Position numbers and translations under genes: made by a program. Below the pieces are notes generated by a model. That model had not been told where the DNA came from. It ran no database searches and saw only the letters and a list, made by a program, of their open reading frames with translations. This document shows, piece by piece, positions 18,808 to 28,160 of a stretch of 64,000 nt of DNA. The stretch covers positions 5,504,001-5,568,000 of the forward strand of contig OZ244999.1 in the NCBI GenBank assembly GCA_965223265.1, in the 5' to 3' direction. How positions within the stretch are numbered: position 1 is the first letter of the stretch; each line of letters opens with the position of its first letter. This stretch comes from Planctomycetota bacterium. Lineage in GTDB: Bacteria; Planctomycetota; UBA8108; SXIK01.

Positions 18808-19719
18808 ATGACAGCCCCACGACAAGTTATCCCCGGAACTACTTACATGGTCACGAGACGCTGCTCACAGCGTCAATTCCTCCTTCGCCCTTCGAAAGAG
18901 GTGAACCAAGTCTTTCTTTATCTTCTCGCCTACTCCTCAAACCGCTTTTCCGTGGACGTCCATGCATACTGTGTTCTGAGCAATCACTACCACTTGATCG
19001 TTACAGACCGCCTCGGCAATCTGCCGGCGTTCATGCAACTCTTGAATTGTCTAGTTGCACGAGCCTTAAACGCTTACTATCGACGCTCGGAAAATATGTG
19101 GTCCCCTGGCTCTTACAACGCGGTAGCGCTCGTGGGAGAAGAAGACGTGATCGACAAGCTCATTTATGTCCTATCCAATCCGGTTGAAGCAGGTTTGGTC
19201 TCGCATGGTGAGCATTGGCCCGGGCTTCGTTCGTCGCCGCGCGACTTCGGAAGCCATCGTGCGGTAGAACAACCGTCCTTCTTTTTTCAACCCGACGGCG
19301 ACGCGCCTGATAGGGCAATCCTGAGTATTTCTTCGCCGCCGCGCCACGAGGGTTCCTCAGAAGACGAATTCATGAATTCGATTGAGGAAAAGCTCGACGC
19401 GAGGGAAGCCGAACTCCGAATTCGACAAACACGAAAGGGAAGAGAATTCCTCGGAGCCAAATCTGTCCTGAAGCAAAGCATCCAGACGCAAGCACGGAGT
19501 ACAGACGCCGGTTCTCGGAGAAAACAAATAGTTCCTCGGTTCGCCTGTCGAGAAAAGCAGAAGCGCGTCGAAGCGCTTGCCAGATATCGGCAATTTCTTA
19601 GAGAGTACCGCGACGCGCTCAGAGATTTCTGCGGAGGTCTACGGAACGTTGTATTTCCATACGGAACGTACTGGATGCGCGTTCAATTTGCGGTCCAATG
19701 CGCGTCGATGCCGCCGTAG
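18808..19719 (+). CDS. REP-associated tyrosine transposase (RAYT, Y1 HUH endonuclease, IS200/IS605 TnpA superfamily)
   Basis: MTAPRQVIPGTTYMVTRRC; HUH motif HAYCVLSNHYHLIV; YVLSNPVEAGLV..W motif with the catalytic Tyr. Visibly more AT-rich than the flanks. Confidence 0.9.
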   Translation: MTAPRQVIPGTTYMVTRRCSQRQFLLRPSKEVNQVFLYLLAYSSNRFSVDVHAYCVLSNHYHLIVTDRLGNLPAFMQLLNCLVARALNAYYRRSENMWSPGSYNAVALVGEEDVIDKLIYVLSNPVEAGLVSHGEHWPGLRSSPRDFGSHRAVEQPSFFFQPDGDAPDRAILSISSPPRHEGSSEDEFMNSIEEKLDAREAELRIRQTRKGREFLGAKSVLKQSIQTQARSTDAGSRRKQIVPRFACREKQKRVEALARYRQFLREYRDALRDFCGGLRNVVFPYGTYWMRVQFAVQCASMPP

Positions 19720-19884
19720 AAATACAGCGTCATCAGCTAAGAGCTTGGCGACTGTGGGAGAAGAGGAGAGACGATATGGCTCTAAGTCCCCAAAATCGCT
19801 TTAAACGACCGCTACGGGTCTCAGTTTCAGCGCCGGAACTGTCAATCGGAGAGAGTTGATCGGTCTTCGGCCGTCTTTGTGAAA

Positions 19885-20300
19885 GAAAAGAACCTCGGAC
19901 TCTCCTCGAACGAGAACTGGGGACCGATTAACCCTCGGACGGGCGACGGGCGAGACGGGCGACGGGCGGACGGGCGACGCGACGGGCGACGGGCGACGGG
20001 CGACGGGCGACGGGCGGGACGGGCGGGACGGGCGGCGGGTTCCGGCAAGGAAACCTCGGACCGGTTGGCGTGGGCGGACGGGCGGACGGGCGACGGGCGG
20101 GGAAACCTCGGACGGGTTCGGGCGACGCGGACCGGTTGGCGTGGGCGGCGGGGAGAACCTCGGGCGCTTTCGGGTTCCGGCGGGTTCCGGCGAGGAAACC
20201 TCGGACCGGTTGGCGTGGACCGGTTGGCGTGGGCGGACGGGCGACGGGGACGGGCGACGCGACGGGCGACGGGCGGGGAAACCTCGGACGGGTTCGGGAG
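19885..20300 (+). repeat. Mosaic repeat array: AACCTCGGAC-type REP-like units interspersed with GACGGGC heptamer runs
   Basis: AACCTCGGAC at 19891, 20052, 20104, 20197 and 20280, with variants at 19930 and 20156; perfect (GACGGGC)x5 at 19981-20015; a ~90-bp block at 20033-20120 recurs in expanded form at 20178-20298. Confidence 0.9.
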
Positions 20301-20317
20301 GGAGGATTCTCTGGTGC

Positions 20318-21619
20318 TCAGGCACTCGGCGGGCTTCCCGGCGCGAAAGGCCAGCTGCTCGCACCGTAGGCGAAATCGAGCGCCTTCGTCTCAACGAGCT
20401 TGCCACCCTCGGAGAGACTCCGCATCAGCGCGTCGAGGACGCACGTCGTCACGACTGTCCGCTCGACCGGGTAGGCGGGCACTCCGGTGTGAACCATCGA
20501 GACGATCGCGCGCAGCAGCCACTCGAAATGCCCCCACGGAGGTCTCTCCTCAACGGCGAACCTTGTCGTGCGCGGCGCCGCCTCGCCCTTCACCCGCGCC
20601 GCGAACGTCCGCGCGGCGACGCCATTGAGCATGGCCACACTCGCCTTCAACCCGTCTCGATAGTCGATCAAATAGAACGTGCTCTTCGAGATAAGCTTGC
20701 TCAAGGTCGACGCGGGTGGCTTCGACAACGCCCCGAGCGCGGACTTGAAAAGCTCGTGCGACCAATACCCGTCTCGCTCAGCGCGGCGAATCTCGTCGCC
20801 CCGCACCGCGCGCACCGCTCGAACACCGGTCTCACCTCCCCGGCGACGTTCAACCATGCACTGGAGGCCTTCCAACGCGTGAAAACCATACGACTCAAGC
20901 CCTCCGTGACCGAGGAACATCGCGCCGTCAAGCTCACACTCCAGCGGCAACTCCAACGCTGGCACACGCCACGCCACGGGCACGGAAGATCCAGCCATCA
21001 ACGGCATCTTTAGTTCACGGGCGGTGCGGTACATCTCGAGCGCCTCATCGCTTCGATGCGACAGGTGTTTGTCACTGAAGACAGGAACTACGCGCCCGCC
21101 ACGCTTCAATGCCGCAACGATCGCGTCGAAGAATCGCTTGCGGGGATACATGTGCTGATGGGTCTTCGGGTGATGCGGATAGTCGCCATGTTCGCCAATC
21201 GAGAGAACCCCGTCGACAACGACCCGATCGCCACCGAGGGTCACCGCTTCGTCGATCGTCCGCGCCAGACGAACGCCATGCTTTTTCGCCAGCTCACGAC
21301 TCATATCGTTCTCGGGCACCTGATCGACGAAGAGCGATACGAGCCGTAGCGCAGGTCCCGGACCGCCGTCCTGGCGATATCCCTCGAGAATCTTGCCGAG
21401 AATTACATCCGCATGCGAATGGCGCCGATACACGGTCGTCACTCCAGCGACAGGAAGCGGCTTCGCGGGCGCAGACTCCTCCGCTGCAAGGAGCCGTGCC
21501 ATAGCGCCAGCCACCGTGCCGCACGTCACCGTGCCGCACGTCACCGCGCGCAGGAACTCACGCCGGTGAAACCTACGGTCTTGCGGCGCGAACCTCACCG
21601 GCTCAAGGACTCTACACAC
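20318..21619 (-). CDS. Tat-exported hypothetical protein (Gfo/Idh/MocA oxidoreductase-like fold, common in planctomycetes)
   Basis: HRREFL twin-arginine signal; SHADVI...SLFVDQ...DGVLSIGEHGDYP...PVFSDKHL...MAGSS...ESYGFHALE. Confidence 0.7.
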   Translation of the reverse strand: MCRVLEPVRFAPQDRRFHRREFLRAVTCGTVTCGTVAGAMARLLAAEESAPAKPLPVAGVTTVYRRHSHADVILGKILEGYRQDGGPGPALRLVSLFVDQVPENDMSRELAKKHGVRLARTIDEAVTLGGDRVVVDGVLSIGEHGDYPHHPKTHQHMYPRKRFFDAIVAALKRGGRVVPVFSDKHLSHRSDEALEMYRTARELKMPLMAGSSVPVAWRVPALELPLECELDGAMFLGHGGLESYGFHALEGLQCMVERRRGGETGVRAVRAVRGDEIRRAERDGYWSHELFKSALGALSKPPASTLSKLISKSTFYLIDYRDGLKASVAMLNGVAARTFAARVKGEAAPRTTRFAVEERPPWGHFEWLLRAIVSMVHTGVPAYPVERTVVTTCVLDALMRSLSEGGKLVETKALDFAYGASSWPFAPGSPPSA

Positions 21620-21627
21620 TCACCGCC

Positions 21628-23061
21628 TCACGTGAGAATGTCGTGAAGCACGCGACCGTAAACGTCGGTCAGGCGAAAGTCGCGGCCACCATGACGATAG
21701 GTCAAACGCTCGTGATCGAGCCCCAGCAGATGCAAAATCGTGGCGTGAACGTCGTGGAAAGTCACGACGTTCTCAGTCGCCTCCATCCCATACTCGTCGG
21801 TTGCTCCGTAGGCAACGCCGCCTCGCACTCCACCTCCGGCCATCCAGAGGCTGAATCCGTTCGGGTGATGATCACGACCGTCGGTGCCTCCTGAATGCGG
21901 CGTCCGACCAAACTCTCCCGACCACAGGACGACTGTCTCGTCGAGGAGACCTCGCGCCTTCAAGTCTCTCAAGAGCGCAGCGATCGCCTCATCGACAATC
22001 GCCGCATTGCCCTCATGGCCTTTACGAAGATTGCCATGTTGGTCCCAAGTGCCGTTCGTCTGATAGACCATCGGGCACGTGACTTCGACGAACCGAACTC
22101 CGGCCTCCACCAACCGGCGCGCGCGTAGGCACTGCATACCGTAGCGACGCTTGTTGACATCGGTCGCTTCGAGACCGTAGAGCCGCCGTGTCGCACGGCT
22201 TTCGCGCTGTAAATCGAGAACATCCGGAACGAGCGACTGCATGCGATAGGCGAGTTCGTAGTTCGTGATCGCCGACTCAATCGCGTCCGCGCCACCCTGC
22301 TCCGCCGCAAAGGCGCTGTCCTGCCGTCGCAGAAAGGCCAGCTTTGCGCGCTGGACGCGTGGGTCGACATCAGCGGGCGCCAGGTTGTCGATCGGCACAC
22401 CTTGAGTCCGCACGAGGGTCGCCTGGTGACTCGCTGGCAGGAACCCACTGGAAAAATTATCCAGACCGCTCGGCAAGCTGAGTCCGTTGTGCAGCACCAC
22501 ATAGCCAGGAAGATTCTGGTTCTCGCTCCCAAGCCCGTAGCTCACCCATGATCCCAGGCTCGGTCGTCCGGCCAAACTCAGGCCGGTATGAGCTAGCAGA
22601 TTACCGCGCGAGTGAAGTGGAAACTCAGCCTGCATTGATCGAACGACGGCCAAGTCATCGATGCAGCTTCCAATGAACGGAAAGAGATCACTCACCGGCA
22701 AGCCGCATCGGCCTCGACGATGGAACTTCCACGGGCTTCCGAGCCACTTGCGGATGCCGGCACGGTTCGCGTTCTGCTTTTTCGTGACCCTGATCTTCTC
22801 GCCGTGATCTCGAAACAAGTGCGGCTTCGGATCAAACGAGTCAACGTGCGACACGCCCCCGTCCATGAACAAGAAGATGACGCTCCTGGCACGAGGACGA
22901 AAGTGAGGGCGTTTCTGCACCGCGCTAAAAGAACGGTCTGCCATGAGCGCCGAAAGCGCCAGCAGCCCGAACCCGTTGCCCGTCTGGCGGAGGAGTTCGC
23001 GACGTGAGGGCCAAACTCGATCGAGAGCGCCAGGCAACGATCTCTCCGTGACGACGTTCAT
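21628..23061 (-). CDS. DUF1501 domain protein (Tat signal)
   Basis: SRRELL signal; ARSVIFLFMDGGVSHVDSFDPKP; ARRLVEAGVRFVE; WDQH; GEFGRTP; GRDH; HATILHLLG. Confidence 0.92.
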   Translation of the reverse strand: MNVVTERSLPGALDRVWPSRRELLRQTGNGFGLLALSALMADRSFSAVQKRPHFRPRARSVIFLFMDGGVSHVDSFDPKPHLFRDHGEKIRVTKKQNANRAGIRKWLGSPWKFHRRGRCGLPVSDLFPFIGSCIDDLAVVRSMQAEFPLHSRGNLLAHTGLSLAGRPSLGSWVSYGLGSENQNLPGYVVLHNGLSLPSGLDNFSSGFLPASHQATLVRTQGVPIDNLAPADVDPRVQRAKLAFLRRQDSAFAAEQGGADAIESAITNYELAYRMQSLVPDVLDLQRESRATRRLYGLEATDVNKRRYGMQCLRARRLVEAGVRFVEVTCPMVYQTNGTWDQHGNLRKGHEGNAAIVDEAIAALLRDLKARGLLDETVVLWSGEFGRTPHSGGTDGRDHHPNGFSLWMAGGGVRGGVAYGATDEYGMEATENVVTFHDVHATILHLLGLDHERLTYRHGGRDFRLTDVYGRVLHDILT

Positions 23062-23386
23062 TCCAGCGTTCTGCGCCTCGCGACTCAAAGATGCTGCGGT
23101 GACCAATGCTTGCGACGAACGGCAAGCTGAAGGCCCGAAGTCCGCTGCCGGTTCAATCTTCGTCGGCCAGCGATGCACTCGGAACAGCGCTCGAAACCAC
23201 ACAGCGAGCACGAGCCGACGAATTCGCGGCCTGCGTCTAGCGTGCGGTCCAAGCAAAGCGCCTTGCCGCCAGCGGGTCATAGTTTAACGCAGCCCGCCGG
23301 CGGATTTGAACCAAATCTTGTCGCACAGAGGGCCAACTCGACGGCAAATCCTGCCGCCGAATGACTCTTCCACGGCTAGCCGCGAC

Positions 23387-24694
23387 TCATGTCGTGGTGT
23401 CGGAGAAATAGCCACGCCAAGCAATATCGATCGTCGACTCAGTCAACACCGGCTCTCTCTCGTGGAAACGGCAGACGTCGACGACCCGTTCGAGAAGATC
23501 GCGCGGATCGCAGCAGCGCATCGGGCGACGCTCGGCCTTGTAGCGTGTCACGAGCGCGGCGAGAAGCCCTGTTGGGATCTCGAGGTCGAGGCGCTTCGCG
23601 TAACGCTCAAAGATTTCGATGAATCGTCCGTCGTTGGGCGTATCAAGATGTGCGCGGTATCCCATACGGCGGAGGAACGCAGAATCGGCAACCTGGCGCG
23701 GTTCAAGATTCGTCGCAACCACAAGAAGCGGTCGAAACGGCACCTGAATCTGCTGCCCAGTCCGAAGAGTCAGATGGTCGACGCCGTACTCCAGCGGCAC
23801 GATCCATCGGTTGAGTAGATCCTTTGCCGCGACGCGCTGACGACCGAGATCGTCGATGAGAAAGAGACCGCCGTTCGCCTTGACGTGGAGCGGCGCCTCG
23901 TAAACCCCAGTCTTGGCGTGGAACGAAAGATCCAGCGTCTCCATCGTCAGCTCGCCACCGACGACGACGAGCGGCCGCCGAATCCGCACCCATCTCTTGT
24001 CTTGACTCCAAAGCATCTCAGAGTCGTCATCGACGAGCTCATGGCAAAGCGGGTCGTAGAGTCTGACGATACTCTTGTCGACCGCGAGACAACGTGGAAT
24101 CCACAGGTCGCCTGGTAGACAGCTGTGCAGAAGACGTCCCAGCGTCGTCTTGCCACTGCCCGGCGGCCCGAAGAGGAATAAGCTGCGGCCGGACGATACG
24201 GCAAGTCCAGCAACGCGAACAACGTTTTCTTCGACGACGAGTTGATTGCAGACCGAAGCGACCTCTCGCGGCTTCAGTTCTGGGAATGACTGAATTTGAG
24301 CCTCAAGTTGTTCGTGGTAGAGCTCGAGCGGCACAGGAGCCGCACCGACGTAGCTGCAAACCTCCATGGCTCTTGCCGCCTCAGCACGACCGCGCCCAGA
24401 GGCGGTGTAGCGATGCGTGAACGGAGACTCCTCGCCGAGAATCTCCAGAAACGCCTCGTCGACGAGCTCGTGTAAAAGATCTTCAACGATCTGAACCGGC
24501 AGGTGGAGCCGCTCGGCAGCCCACTCCGTCGTGAAACTATACGTTGTACTCGAAAGTTTGAGCACAAGTTCATTGAGGAGGGAACGGTCAAGACCGGTGT
24601 CTTCCACTTTGGCCGGTGCTTGCGGAGTGAAACTTGGCCTTGAAGACGACTCGGGAGCTTCGTTGAGCGGTAGTGGTTGGGTGTTGGTGATCAT
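23387..24694 (-). CDS. AAA+ ATPase with N-terminal winged-helix-like region, downstream of tadG
   Basis: Start MITNTQ; Walker A GPPGSGKT; APLHVKANGG; Walker B LFLIDDLGRQ; LLNRWIVPLE; ATNL; AFLRR. Confidence 0.85.
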   Translation of the reverse strand: MITNTQPLPLNEAPESSSRPSFTPQAPAKVEDTGLDRSLLNELVLKLSSTTYSFTTEWAAERLHLPVQIVEDLLHELVDEAFLEILGEESPFTHRYTASGRGRAEAARAMEVCSYVGAAPVPLELYHEQLEAQIQSFPELKPREVASVCNQLVVEENVVRVAGLAVSSGRSLFLFGPPGSGKTTLGRLLHSCLPGDLWIPRCLAVDKSIVRLYDPLCHELVDDDSEMLWSQDKRWVRIRRPLVVVGGELTMETLDLSFHAKTGVYEAPLHVKANGGLFLIDDLGRQRVAAKDLLNRWIVPLEYGVDHLTLRTGQQIQVPFRPLLVVATNLEPRQVADSAFLRRMGYRAHLDTPNDGRFIEIFERYAKRLDLEIPTGLLAALVTRYKAERRPMRCCDPRDLLERVVDVCRFHEREPVLTESTIDIAWRGYFSDTTT

Positions 24695-24758
24695 CACTGC
24701 CTCTTGTGGCGGGAGGTTGCAGGGGTTGCCTTCACGGGAGCGAAGGAACTGGCGTAAC

Positions 24759-24793
24759 GAGGAAGGAAGAAGGGAAGGAAGGAGGGGAAGAAG
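24759..24793. repeat. 35-nt homopurine tract containing an 11-bp mirror repeat
   Basis: GAGGAAGGAAG-AAGG-GAAGGAAGGAG (24759-24784), followed by GGGAAGAAG. Confidence 0.6.
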
Positions 24794-24842
24794 CTGCCGA
24801 CGGCGACGACACAGTCTCGCCGCCGTCGGTAGGTGTAGAAGT

Positions 24843-26204
24843 CTATTCGACCAGGAAGACGATGCGCGGCTGCACGCCGAACTGACCTTCATAGTTGATA
24901 TTCAATTCACCGTCGCCATGGGCGAAGATCGTATCAGCGATCAAGCCGTTGGCGAAGTTGTCGCTCGTCCCACCGATCTCGAGCTCAGCGGCCGGGAAGT
25001 AGAGCGTTCCCGTGATACTGAAATTTGCAGTGCCGAGAATCCGCGAATCGTTGGTGTTATCGCGAGCCTGGAAAATCGGCACACCGACGTACGGAAAGAG
25101 TGGATCGCCGGAGACGGTCGGGTCAGCAACCGTAGCCGCGTCGATGCGGATCTCGCCGTTACCGCGGATGTCGACGTTGCCGGAGCCGACGATGTAAAAG
25201 AGCACGCCATCCTGAGCGAGAAGGTTGCCGCCGTTGACGTCGAGCCCTTCCCCGTCGAGGATATACACACCGCGGCCCACCGTGAGAGTGCCGTTTTCGA
25301 CACGAAAGCCGCCGCTGTAATAGCCAGGGATGTTCACCTCGACTGCAGCGCCGCCGTTGACTAAGACGGTTCCCAGGTCATTGGCGGGGTCGTAAGGCGG
25401 ATCCGGGAGTCCCGCAAGCGGATCAGGAATGGGAGCCAACGGGCTTTCTTCGACAAGCGTACCGTCAAAGTTGACCTGATCGTCGAAGTTGCGATCAGTT
25501 CCTCCCTCGAGGTGGAGCTCATCAGCCGAAACCGTCGGCTGGCCAGAATGGCAAGCGGCATCCGGATGGGTAGAGTTGACGTAGATCGCTCCGTCATTGA
25601 CGATGATCTCTCCGGTCGTGCCGCGGACATCGAAGGAACACGAGACCGTCGGGTTGAGCGCGATCACGCCAGCACCGACGCCGCCGATCAGCATGGCGAT
25701 CGCATCCCTCTGAACGCTGACTTCGGTCACACCTGCAAGTGAACCGAAAAAGAGCGGCACCGCGCCGTTGGGCGACGCAGCGGTTCGCCGCGCATTCACT
25801 TGTACAGCGTTGATCGGGTCGAGCTGCGGCGTGAACGTACCGTCGGAGCGATCAAACTGCCCCACCACGACGTCTCCACCCGCCGCATTGGCGTCGTTGC
25901 GCTCTAGCGTGATCGAAACGTTGGTCGAAGTGTTGGCCAAGCCGATCGCAGTCGCTTGGTCGCGTGCCGCGCTCACCGTGTTGCGGATCTCGTGGACGCC
26001 AGCCAACGCTGAAGCGTCAGCGCAGTTCTGCAGCTGGTGCGCGGCGTAGTAACACCACGCGGTGTCGATCGTCAAACCGACAACCGAAATCATGAGACCG
26101 ATCGTCATCACGGTCCAGATCAACGTCGCACCGCGACAGCGTCGCTCGCCGGACGCGTGCGAGTGAGTAACCGAATTGAGAAAAACTGAACGCAACATGG
26201 GCAT
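24843..26204 (-). CDS. TadG-like pilus assembly protein / adhesin
   Basis: RRCRG|ATLIW pilin-like N-terminus; GLTIDTAWCYYAAHQLQNCADASALAG TadG motif; NAVQV...VPLFFG; Gly/Asn-rich beta C-terminal domain. Confidence 0.85.
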   Translation of the reverse strand: MPMLRSVFLNSVTHSHASGERRCRGATLIWTVMTIGLMISVVGLTIDTAWCYYAAHQLQNCADASALAGVHEIRNTVSAARDQATAIGLANTSTNVSITLERNDANAAGGDVVVGQFDRSDGTFTPQLDPINAVQVNARRTAASPNGAVPLFFGSLAGVTEVSVQRDAIAMLIGGVGAGVIALNPTVSCSFDVRGTTGEIIVNDGAIYVNSTHPDAACHSGQPTVSADELHLEGGTDRNFDDQVNFDGTLVEESPLAPIPDPLAGLPDPPYDPANDLGTVLVNGGAAVEVNIPGYYSGGFRVENGTLTVGRGVYILDGEGLDVNGGNLLAQDGVLFYIVGSGNVDIRGNGEIRIDAATVADPTVSGDPLFPYVGVPIFQARDNTNDSRILGTANFSITGTLYFPAAELEIGGTSDNFANGLIADTIFAHGDGELNINYEGQFGVQPRIVFLVE

Positions 26205-26873
26205 TTCCTCCGCGCCAGGCGAACTGAACAATGTAGCTATTGAATGGATAATCTACGCTGGGCAGAAAGGGGAACGTCTCTCCTGCCGCAACCTTTGCAC
26301 CGGCTGAGCGACGCTCAATCATCGTGGACGAATCCACGAGGACACATTCGAGTTTACCGCTTGACTTCGCTGGGCGGAATCCCTGCTCTGGGAATGTTGC
26401 TGTGGAGTTTGGCATGATTCTCGAAGGGAACAACACAAACTCGCGATTGACGCGATTCCAAGTTCACGAAGTTGTCAAGATCGTCTTTGTTTCGTGCGTT
26501 TTTACGCTAGCAAAACACTCTGGAAGGCCAGAGAAAAAAATCGAATCGTCGCCCCCTTGACAGCTCGCAAAGACACCCCAATACTTGAGTCCGCACCTCG
26601 ATTGATTGCGTCCTGCACTCGATCGCAACTCCCACACAAACACCTGCTCCCCACCTAATTCGCACTGCTGACGCAGTTCGCGATACTTTTCCCAAACGCC
26701 CCCAAGAGTTTTCCTTCCGTCCTGCAGATCGAATCTCAGCCGGAATGGGCAGTTCGTTCGCTTCGACACACGAAGTCGCTCGCTTGGCGCGAAAGGATCT
26801 GTCTGTCCGCCTGTGCATTTCGTCTGCAGATTTGCTCTCTTTCCGTAGGTCGCTTCTTTCAAAGGAGATCACA

Positions 26874-27041
26874 ATGAAGAAGCTTCTCAAAAAGTTCGCT
26901 CGCGACGACAAGGGTCTCGAGACTGTCGAATACGCCATCATCCTGGGCCTCATCGTTGCTGGCACGATCGCCATCATCGTCGCCATCGGCAACTGGGTGA
27001 ACACTCAGTTCTCGAACACGCAGACGGAGCTCATGGCGTAG
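26874..27041 (+). CDS. flp: Flp family type IVc major pilin
   Basis: MKKLLKKFARDDKG|LETVEYAIILGLI carries the G-x4-EY Flp motif; strong SD AAGGAG. Confidence 0.93.
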   Translation: MKKLLKKFARDDKGLETVEYAIILGLIVAGTIAIIVAIGNWVNTQFSNTQTELMA

Positions 27042-27045
27042 TCCA

Positions 27046-27606
27046 TTGGAAACCAGTGTCATTGACACACTGCAGCTTCAGTGGGGCGTCGCAATCGGCG
27101 CCTCACTGATTGCCGCAGTTACCGACCTGATCTCCCGGCGGATCCCGAACGTCCTGACGTTCACGGTTCTCGCCGTCGGCCTGGTGTTCGCATTCGCGAC
27201 TCAGGGCTTTCTGGGCCTTGGCAACGCCTTCGCCGCCTGCCTCATTCTCGCCTTCCCGTTCGTCGTTCTCTTCGCCTTCGCCGGAGGCGGGGCAGGCGAC
27301 GCGAAGCTCATGGGAGCGGTGGGAGCATGGCTTGGTGTCACACACGGTGTGATTGCTCTTGCCACGGTCTGCATCACCGGCATCTTTCTTGCTATCTTCT
27401 TCGCGCTGCGGAGCAGCCGTCTCAAGGACGCTCTCCAACGCGTCTCAGACATCCTCAAAGGATTCTTTTTCGTTCTCGCCTCGCGCAGTCGCCTGAGCGA
27501 CCTGAAAACCTTCGTTCCCGAGACTACAGAAATGCAAAAGATCCCGTACGGGATCTCCATCTTTCTCGGAGTCACCCTCGCAGCAGTTGGGACATTCGCA
27601 TGGTAA
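27046..27606 (+). CDS. cpaA: Prepilin peptidase A24 (CpaA/TadV)
   Basis: AAVTDLISRRIPN; GGAGDAKL; KIPYGISI. Confidence 0.92.
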   Translation: METSVIDTLQLQWGVAIGASLIAAVTDLISRRIPNVLTFTVLAVGLVFAFATQGFLGLGNAFAACLILAFPFVVLFAFAGGGAGDAKLMGAVGAWLGVTHGVIALATVCITGIFLAIFFALRSSRLKDALQRVSDILKGFFFVLASRSRLSDLKTFVPETTEMQKIPYGISIFLGVTLAAVGTFAW

Positions 27607-28004
27607 GAAATCATAAGACTCATCGCGGACGTGGCCTCGCGCTCACCGAGATGGCGCTGGTGCTTCCTCTCCTACTCTGGCTGACGCTCGGCGCCATCGA
27701 GTACGGCTGGATTTTTCTGAAGATGCAGCAAGTCACAGGTGCATCGAGGGAAGGCGCCCGCGTCGGCGCTACTCCTGACGCCGTCGGCGCTGACGTAACC
27801 AACGCAGTAAACGATGTCATGACCGCCGCAAACATTAGCGGCCACTCGACGACGGTCGCCCCAGGCGTTGGGATCGCGACGGGCGCGACCCTGACCGTGA
27901 CAGTTACTGTGCCGTACACCAACGTCCAGCTGATCGCGACTCCTTTCCTTCCGACTCCGACAAATCTCACCGCCTCAACGAGCATGGCCAAAGAGGGACC
28001 GTAA
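27600..28004 (+). CDS. tadE: TadE-like minor pilin
   Basis: RGRG|LALTEMALVLPLLLWL...IEYG...ASREGARVG. Confidence 0.88.
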   Translation: MVRNHKTHRGRGLALTEMALVLPLLLWLTLGAIEYGWIFLKMQQVTGASREGARVGATPDAVGADVTNAVNDVMTAANISGHSTTVAPGVGIATGATLTVTVTVPYTNVQLIATPFLPTPTNLTASTSMAKEGP

Positions 28005-28160
28005 CCTCCCTCCCTTTCCCCTTCGCCCCCCAATGCCATGCCTGGGCGAAATCCGCCCGCCTCGCCTTCGAAGAAATTCCCCTTCTCCCCACTGTTTCTT
28101 TCGGTCCATCCCTCCGCCGTGCTACCGCTCGGTGCCAACTTTCGTTAGGAGACCTTACTC

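Noticed and set aside
19885-20300. Possible CRISPR array
   Set aside because: The units are only ~10-16 bp, the spacers are themselves repetitive and irregular in length, and no cas genes are nearby.
19801-20628. Arg/Pro/Gly-rich ORFs (19801-20406, 19879-20628 and others)
   Set aside because: They are translations of the DNA repeat array with no protein-like composition.
26400-26873. c-di-GMP (GEMM) riboswitch or sigma54 promoter upstream of flp
   Set aside because: The GEMM consensus elements were not found in order, and TGGCATGATTCTCGA lacks the -12 GC.
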